From Alphaproteobacteria bacterium (GTDB taxonomy: Bacteria; Pseudomonadota; Alphaproteobacteria; CAAHEQ01; UBA3637): a stretch of DNA of 64,000 nucleotides. The notes beneath the pieces are model-generated. The model was not told the DNA's origin. It was given only the letters and a program-made list of their open reading frames with translations, and did not search any database. A program made the translations under genes and the position numbers. The stretch spans positions 10,399 through 74,398 of the forward strand of contig JAZOOQ010000056.1 of assembly GCA_045655105.1 (NCBI GenBank), given 5' to 3'. Positions 57,893 through 64,000 of this stretch are shown piece after piece (position 1 is the stretch's first letter; every line of letters begins with the position of its first letter).

Positions 57893-58789
57893 ATGAATGA
57901 AAATGAACGCTTTTTAAATGAATATATTGAATGGTCATCACAAGAAAAATTTAAGGATTTTAAATTTATTCCTAAAATATCCACACAAAAAAAAGAAGAA
58001 TTAATAGATGGGGCATTGGTGAATACTTGGGCCTTTTTGTTTGGTCCTTTTTACTATCTTTATTTAGGAATCCATAAAAGTATTTTCTATATTATTTTAA
58101 GCTTATTATTTTTTACTTATGGGTATTATGTTGGATTGGTGTTATATGTTTCATTTTCATTATTTTTAGCAGTACGTGTTAATACTTATTATATAAATTT
58201 TTTAAAGAATAAAAAAGAAAAGTATGCCCATTTTAATCCAGATGAAACAACACCTTATTTTAATATTTCTAACACTCGATTGATCCTTTTATCATTGATT
58301 ACAGGTGGTTTTTATTTGATGTATTGGGTATATAAAAATATAAAAGCGGTTAGAGATTTTCAAAAAGATCCTGTAAATCCTTTTTGGCAAGCAATTTTAT
58401 TGTCTTTTACATCCATTCATATATTTAAAGCAATTGCTTATTCAGTGAAATCTTTGGGCTATAAAAAAGATTTAAAACCGGGTAGCTCGGCTTTATTTGT
58501 TTTTCTTTTAACTGGGCTATATGGGGTTGAATTTAATGGTCAAGAGAGTGACCTTTTAACATTAAATTTATTAATGGCGACAATTCTTTTTTATTGGTTG
58601 GTGATTGCATTAACAATTTGTTTGTTTGTCAAATATCAAAAGGCAATTTCTTTTTATGCATCGCAAAAAAATATTCCAGATGCAAAAGTGAGTTCGTGGG
58701 AATGCTTTTTTGTTTTTTTAGGTTGTTTATTAAATGCAGGGTTGATTTATACAACTATAACCGTTTTTTTTAAGTATTTTGGTGTATAG
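57893..58789 (+). CDS. hypothetical integral membrane protein (DUF2628-like N-terminus)
   Basis: WAFLFGPFYYLYLG motif and about 6 TM helices. Confidence 0.45.
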   Translation: MNENERFLNEYIEWSSQEKFKDFKFIPKISTQKKEELIDGALVNTWAFLFGPFYYLYLGIHKSIFYIILSLLFFTYGYYVGLVLYVSFSLFLAVRVNTYYINFLKNKKEKYAHFNPDETTPYFNISNTRLILLSLITGGFYLMYWVYKNIKAVRDFQKDPVNPFWQAILLSFTSIHIFKAIAYSVKSLGYKKDLKPGSSALFVFLLTGLYGVEFNGQESDLLTLNLLMATILFYWLVIALTICLFVKYQKAISFYASQKNIPDAKVSSWECFFVFLGCLLNAGLIYTTITVFFKYFGV

Positions 58790-58821
58790 GAAATAAATTT
58801 AGCATCTATTATACATAAAAA

Positions 58822-58840
58822 AACCGACCTTAGAGGTCGG
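58822..58840. terminator. bidirectional terminator hairpin (accgacct-taga-ggtcggt) between the membrane-protein gene and tRNA-Lys
   Basis: An a7 run upstream and a t6 run downstream. Serves both convergent transcripts. Confidence 0.65.
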
Positions 58841-58845
58841 TTTTT

Positions 58846-58921
<76 letters not shown>

Positions 58922-58980
58922 TTAATTTTCTTTAACTTATACACCATTTGGATTGAAAATGCAAGAATAAAATAATTATG

Positions 58981-60384
58981 TTATCTTTTTTTTCGTTTTT
59001 CAATTCGAATTTGAAATTCTTTTTTAAGGGATGATATTTGGTTTAATGGTCCAAAAAGAGGGATTTTAAATTCTTTAATAATGATGAAATAGCTTATCAA
59101 TACAAAAATAGCGGCACTTACCCACGCAATTGGCCCTGCGTAACAAATGCCTTTATATCCCATGTAAGCAGCAAGAGAAAAGGCTGCAAACCAACGCATG
59201 ATAAGTTCTATAATTCCTGAAATCAGAGGGATTATAGCGCGACCCATGCCCTGAAGAGCTTGTCTGAAAATAAAGATTTGAGCTAAGAAAATATAAAAAG
59301 CAGTTGTAATTTGAATATATATAGTTGCTTGTGATAAAATTTCTTCGCTGGGATTATTAAGAAATATAAGGGCTAAATTTTTCCCATATTTAAAGGCGAG
59401 TAAAGCTAAAATAATGCTTGTTGCAGAGGCAAGGATGCAACATTGCAAAACGCCTTGTCTGATGCGCCTGAGTAAACGGGCGCCAAAGTTTTGAGCAACA
59501 TAAGTTGTTAAAGCATGGCCTAATGAAAATAAAGGCATGGTGGCTAATTGTTCGATGCGCGTGGCGGCGGAAAAAGCAGCAATTGTGCCAGTCCCAAATT
59601 GATTGCAAACGCTTTGAACGGTGATAACTCCAAGGCCAATAATTGAAAATTGAATAGTCATAGGAATAGCAATTTTTAAATGCTCGATTAAATAGGGTAG
59701 GTTAAAAGAAAAGTCTTCTTTTCTTAATCGCAACATTGGATATTTGATTAGCATATAGCCTAAACATAAGAATGCGGAAGTAAATTGGGCAATGCAGGTA
59801 CCAAATGCAACGCCGGTAACATCTAAATTGAATTTAACAATCAATGTGACGTTGATAATAATATTTAAAACTGATGCAAAAATAAGGTAATAAAGAGGGG
59901 TTTTGCTATCGCCAAGAGATCTTAAAATGCCAGCTAAAAAGTTATAAAATACGATGGCAACAACGCCATAAGAAAGAATGGTCATAAATCTGCCTGAATC
60001 AATAAAAATATCTTCAGGGACATTCATCAATGTTAAAATTAAATCCATTTTTAGGATTAAGAATAAAAAGACAAGTAACGCAAATAAGCAGCTTAAAACA
60101 AGGCCAATGGCAAATGAAACGCGAACATTTTTAATATCGTTTGCGCCAAAACGTTGGGCAGTAATAATTGAAAGGCCGTTTGTAAATCCCAAAGAAGTCA
60201 TAACCGCCATAATAAAAATAGGTGTCATTGCGCCAGCAATAGCAAGAGCGCGAATTCCTAAATAATGACCTAAAATAAAAAGGTCAGAAAGAATATAAAG
60301 TTGGTGAAAAATATTCCCAAGTAAAATGGGAAGCATGAATAAAAGAATAAGTTTAAGAGGGTGCCCCTCTGTCATGCTTTTCAT
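58981..60384 (-). CDS. MATE family multidrug/oligosaccharidyl-lipid efflux transporter
   Basis: 12-TM protein with a duplicated-half MATE profile (LILLFMLPILLGNIFHQLYILSDLFILGH...). 467 aa. Confidence 0.8.
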   Translation of the reverse strand: MKSMTEGHPLKLILLFMLPILLGNIFHQLYILSDLFILGHYLGIRALAIAGAMTPIFIMAVMTSLGFTNGLSIITAQRFGANDIKNVRVSFAIGLVLSCLFALLVFLFLILKMDLILTLMNVPEDIFIDSGRFMTILSYGVVAIVFYNFLAGILRSLGDSKTPLYYLIFASVLNIIINVTLIVKFNLDVTGVAFGTCIAQFTSAFLCLGYMLIKYPMLRLRKEDFSFNLPYLIEHLKIAIPMTIQFSIIGLGVITVQSVCNQFGTGTIAAFSAATRIEQLATMPLFSLGHALTTYVAQNFGARLLRRIRQGVLQCCILASATSIILALLAFKYGKNLALIFLNNPSEEILSQATIYIQITTAFYIFLAQIFIFRQALQGMGRAIIPLISGIIELIMRWFAAFSLAAYMGYKGICYAGPIAWVSAAIFVLISYFIIIKEFKIPLFGPLNQISSLKKEFQIRIEKRKKR

Positions 60385-60576
60385 TGGCGTGTCCTTCTGG
60401 TTAAAATTTTTGAGTAAGTATAAAAATTTCTTTTAAAAATAGCAATATTTTTTAATGGTTGTTTTGAAAAAATATCTTGACTTTTCAAAGAGATTGTGTT
60501 TTTTATACTCCTTAAGGATGGAAGAGCTTTTCTCTGTCGCTAATGTTTGAAAAAATTTAAAATAAAGGAAGAAAAA

Positions 60577-61071
60577 ATGTTGAAAAAAATACTTGCAGTT
60601 GTGTGTGCTGTTTCTTTTTTGAGTGCTTGTGCTTCTCAAAAAGATGGTGCTGATTTATATGGTAATGGTCAAGGCGGTTGGAATGATAATGTTAACATTT
60701 CTGATTTGCAAGACACAGCTATGACACAAAAATTCAAAGATGAAAATCAAAATGTTGTTTATTTTGCATTAGATAGTTCTTCTTTGGATGGTGATTCAAA
60801 AGCTGTTTTATCACAACAAGCTGAATGGTTAAAAGCAAACCCACGTGTTTTAGTTGTAATTGAAGGTCGTTGCGACGAACGTGGTACAGAAGAATACAAC
60901 TTGGCATTAGGTGAACGTCGTGCAGATGAAGCTCGTCGTTTCTTAGTGATGAAAGGTATTTCATCTGACCGTATTCGCATTATCTCATACGGTAAAGAAA
61001 GACCTGTTGTTCCAGGTTCAACAGAAGAAGCTTGGGCTAAAAATCGTAATGCAACAACAGTTGCTTACTAA
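60577..61071 (+). CDS. pal: peptidoglycan-associated lipoprotein Pal (OmpA-like)
   Basis: Lipobox LSACAS; OmpA C-like YFALDSSSL...NPRVLVVIEGRCDERGTEEYNLALGERRADEARRFL. Start at the ATG at 60577 (AAGGAAG Shine-Dalgarno). Confidence 0.9.
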   Translation: MLKKILAVVCAVSFLSACASQKDGADLYGNGQGGWNDNVNISDLQDTAMTQKFKDENQNVVYFALDSSSLDGDSKAVLSQQAEWLKANPRVLVVIEGRCDERGTEEYNLALGERRADEARRFLVMKGISSDRIRIISYGKERPVVPGSTEEAWAKNRNATTVAY

Positions 61072-61110
61072 AAAAGTTTTTCTTTAGAAAAAAAGACTTG
61101 TTAAAAAAAA

Positions 61111-61141
61111 CTCTTCCTTGTAAAATAAGGAAGAGTTTTTT
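61111..61141 (+). terminator. Rho-independent terminator between pal and cpoB
   Basis: ctcttcctt-gtaaaat-aaggaagag followed by t6. Confidence 0.6.
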
Positions 61142-61159
61142 ATATAAAAGGAACACATT

Positions 61160-61945
61160 ATGAAAAAAATCATTTTATCTTGTTTTATGTTTTCTTCTTT
61201 AGTTTCTTATTCTGCTTTGGCGGAATTAAAAGTTGATTTATTGGATGAAAAAGTAACGCGCATTGAAAATGATTTAAATGCATTGCAACGAAAAGTGTAT
61301 CAAAAAAGCGAAACACCAATTTTAATATCAAGTGACAACAATGCTACTATTGGTGAAGGTAATTTAGAAGATCTTTACTCAAGAATTGCTGCACAAGATC
61401 AAGTTGTGAAAGATCTAACGGCAAAAATGGAACAAATTGAATTTAATCAAAAGCAATTAGAGGATCGTTTGAACAGAATGAATGCTGATTTAGATGTTCG
61501 CTTTAATATGATCTCAAATGATAAAAGTTCATCTGCTCCTTTAACAAACGAGAATAAAACAGGAGATAAAGACGCATATGATGCTGCCTATAATTTGATG
61601 AAAAAAGGAGATTATAAAAAAGCAGAAGAAGCCTTTACATTGTTTATGAAAGAATATCCAAAATCTTCTTTGGTTGGTAATGCAAATTATTGGTTGGGTG
61701 AAACATATTATGCGCGCGGTCTTTTTGAACAAGCTGTGGGTATTTTTGCTGATGGGTTTACAAAATATAAAGATAATTCAAAAGCGGCGGATAATTTATT
61801 AAAACTTGGCTTAACCATGAATAAATTAAATAAAAAACAAGAAGCTTGCACGGCATTTAAATCATTGCAAGATGAATTTCCAAAGGCAGAACAACGTTTA
61901 AAAGATAGAGCAAAGGCTGAAGCAAAAAAATTGCAATGTAAATAA
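61160..61945 (+). CDS. cpoB: Tol-Pal system protein CpoB/YbgF (coiled coil + TPR)
   Basis: Signal peptide, an N-terminal coiled coil, and C-terminal TPR repeats (NYWLGETYYARG). Synteny pal-cpoB-tilS-ftsH. Confidence 0.85.
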   Translation: MKKIILSCFMFSSLVSYSALAELKVDLLDEKVTRIENDLNALQRKVYQKSETPILISSDNNATIGEGNLEDLYSRIAAQDQVVKDLTAKMEQIEFNQKQLEDRLNRMNADLDVRFNMISNDKSSSAPLTNENKTGDKDAYDAAYNLMKKGDYKKAEEAFTLFMKEYPKSSLVGNANYWLGETYYARGLFEQAVGIFADGFTKYKDNSKAADNLLKLGLTMNKLNKKQEACTAFKSLQDEFPKAEQRLKDRAKAEAKKLQCK

Positions 61946-61946
61946 T

Positions 61947-63155
61947 ATGATGCTAAATGAAGTTAATTTTGAGAAAAAAATTTTTGATTTACTGCCAGAT
62001 TTAAAAGAGCGCGTGGCTGTTGCTGTTTCTGGCGGGGCAGATAGTTTATGTTTAACGCTTTTGCTCCATGAGTTTTGCAAAAAAAGGAATATTAAATTAA
62101 CAGCGCTTACAGTTGATCATCAGATTCGAAAAGAAAGTTCTAAAGAAGCCAAAAGTGTGCATAAATTTTTGAAAAAGCAAGGGATTTCTCATGAAATTTT
62201 GGTGAATAAAGAAAAAATAGGGAACACAAAGATTGAAGAGCACGCGCGCGAAATTCGGTATCAATTACTAATTGATTATTGCAAACAAAACGATATCGCA
62301 ACTCTTTTTATTGCACATCAGCAAGAGGATCAGATTGAAACATTTTTATCTCGTTTAGCAAGGGGAAGTTCCGTTGAAGGATTAAGTGCTATGCGTGAAA
62401 AAATATATCGCAATGGTGTTTTATTAGTGCGTCCTTTTTTAGATGTGTCCAAAAAAGAAATTGAAAAATATTTGTTGAAAAAAAATATTGAGTGGGTGAA
62501 AGATCCCATGAATGAAGATACCACTTTTGAACGGGTTAAATGGCGCAAATTTTTGCCCATTATCGAAGAAAAAGGAATCCCTCTTAAAAATATTTTATCT
62601 TCAACAAAAAGATTGGCAAGAGCTTCCCAAGCCCTTTTTTGGTATCAAGAATTATTTATTAAAGAGTCTGTTAACTTTTATCCAGAAGGATATGCATTAA
62701 TTGATAAAGAAAAGTTTTTTTTATTGCCTGATGAAATTAAAATTAAGGTGATGGATGCTTTATTAAAACGCATAGGAAAGTCAGAAAAAATGATTTCTCT
62801 TGAACTTTTAGAACGTGCTTGTTTAGGGGATATCAAACAAATGACTTTGGCATCTTGTTTAATTATTCCTCATAAGAAAGGTATTTTTATTTCAAAAGAA
62901 CCAAAAACTATGCCTTCACCTTTAAAAATTAAGAAAGGAAAGGTTTGTTATTGGGCTGGTTTTGAAATTCATTCAGAGCTAAATGGTGTTTTAAAAGCTT
63001 GTGCCCCATTGAAGCGCAAGAAAAATATTCCATATTTAGTTCAACAAAGTTTTCCTTATTTTGAGCCTGAAAAAGAACTTGAAAATATTCTTGAAATTGA
63101 GTATAAAGAAAACTTAAGTTATCATATTTATATTAAAATGATTAAAAAAAATTAA
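61947..63155 (+). CDS. tilS: tRNA(Ile)-lysidine synthetase
   Basis: PP-loop VAVAVSGGADSLCL. 402 aa. Confidence 0.85.
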   Translation: MMLNEVNFEKKIFDLLPDLKERVAVAVSGGADSLCLTLLLHEFCKKRNIKLTALTVDHQIRKESSKEAKSVHKFLKKQGISHEILVNKEKIGNTKIEEHAREIRYQLLIDYCKQNDIATLFIAHQQEDQIETFLSRLARGSSVEGLSAMREKIYRNGVLLVRPFLDVSKKEIEKYLLKKNIEWVKDPMNEDTTFERVKWRKFLPIIEEKGIPLKNILSSTKRLARASQALFWYQELFIKESVNFYPEGYALIDKEKFFLLPDEIKIKVMDALLKRIGKSEKMISLELLERACLGDIKQMTLASCLIIPHKKGIFISKEPKTMPSPLKIKKGKVCYWAGFEIHSELNGVLKACAPLKRKKNIPYLVQQSFPYFEPEKELENILEIEYKENLSYHIYIKMIKKN

Positions 63156-63170
63156 AAAAGGAAAGTTTAA

Positions 63171-64000
63171 ATGAAAAAAAAGTCGAATACAGCCGTTTTT
63201 TGGCTTGTTTTCTTTACTTCAATGGTTTTATTAGGGGCTTTTTCATTCCCTGATCCAAATAAATCCAAACAAATGGATTTATCTTATAGTGAGTTTTTAA
63301 GCTCTGTTGAAAAAGGAGATGTTAAATCTGTTGAAATTCAAGGGCAATCTATTACGGGTGAATTTCAAAAAACAGGAATGTTTAAAACATATATGCCATT
63401 AGAAGCGGGTTTGATGCCAGTTTTAAAAGAACATAATGTTAAAATTAAAGCAATTCCACCTGAATCAGAATCCGGTTGGTTAATGGCATTAATTTCATGG
63501 GCTCCTATTTTGCTTTTTGCGGGCATTTGGATTATGATGATGAAGCAAATGGCCTCAAGTAATGGAAAAGCAATGAGTTTCGGCAAATCAAAAGCCAAAT
63601 TGTTAGAAGGCAAAGACAAAGTGACTTTCAATGATGTTGCTGGAATTGAAGAGGCTAAACAAGAATTGCAAGAGATTGTTGACTTTTTAAAAGCACCAAT
63701 TAAGTTTCAAAGATTGGGCGGTAAAATTCCAAAAGGAGCTTTGCTTGTTGGCCCTCCGGGAACGGGTAAAACATTGTTAGCAAGAGCCATTGCTGGGGAA
63801 GCCAATGTGCCATTTTTCAGCATTTCAGGCTCTGATTTTGTTGAAATGTTTGTTGGGGTAGGGGCTTCTCGTGTGCGAGATATGTTTGAACAGGCTAAAA
63901 AAGAAGCACCATGCATTGTTTTTGTTGATGAAATTGATGCGGTTGGCCGTCATCGTGGTGCCGGTCTTGGTGGCGGAAATGATGAAAGAGAGCAAACGCT
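63171..64000 (+). CDS. ftsH: ATP-dependent zinc metalloprotease FtsH, 5' part (runs off window end)
   Basis: N-terminal TM; [14 protein letters not shown]; [18 protein letters not shown]; [12 protein letters not shown]. No stop before position 64000. Confidence 0.9.
   Translation, partial: MKKKSNTAVFWLVFFTSMVLLGAFSFPDPNKSKQMDLSYSEFLSSVEKGDVKSVEIQGQSITGEFQKTGMFKTYMPLEAGLMPVLKEHNVKIKAIPPESESGWLMALISWAPILLFAGIWIMMMKQMASSNGKAMSFGKSKAKLLEGKDKVTFNDVAGIEEAKQELQEIVDFLKAPIKFQRLGGKIPKGALLVGPPGTGKTLLARAIAGEANVPFFSISGSDFVEMFVGVGASRVRDMFEQAKKEAPCIVFVDEIDAVGRHRGAGLGGGNDEREQT

Overview
This 64-kb window is very AT-rich (about 30% GC by eye), almost fully coding, and shows no transposases, integrases, phage genes or CRISPR arrays. 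Gene content and order point to a low-GC alphaproteobacterium, probably an obligate intracellular Rickettsiales/Holosporales-type symbiont. That call is inference from the pal-cpoB-tilS-ftsH order, a long-linker alphaproteobacterial-type LexA, ptsP(EI-Ntr), multiple ankyrin-repeat proteins and host-like sugar-nucleotide genes. Most of the window is housekeeping: an atpA fragment, lexA, a UvrD-family helicase, glk, ptsP, uvrB, infA, ettA, fabD, murJ, nagB, dusA, mutY, a ClpA-like ATPase, LOG, mlaA/mlaC, a MATE pump, pal, cpoB, tilS, the ftsH 5' end, tRNA-Asp(GUC) and tRNA-Lys(CUU). The accessory part is the more interesting half. (i) Two tandem paralogous ankyrin-repeat genes at 20.0-24.6 kb share near-identical promoter/5'UTR and terminator modules and a conserved non-ANK C-terminal domain. 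(ii) A 768-aa orphan protein carries Cys/Leu-rich LRR-like C-terminal repeats. (iii) A surface-glycan island holds neuC-neuB next to a porin, then a nudix-GT32-small nucleotidyltransferase-eukaryote-type phosphomannomutase-gmd-fcl operon, followed by a secreted nitroreductase-like protein and an LMW-PTP. (iv) The atpA reading frame begins with an in-frame OSCP/delta C-terminal-domain-like extension. (v) A GC-rich, highly structured intergenic element at about 36.15-36.41 kb is a candidate ncRNA. (vi) A ClpA-like ATPase has a degenerate D1 Walker B and a long acidic tail. All calls rest on reading the supplied six-frame translations and the sequence by eye; nothing was searched or computed.
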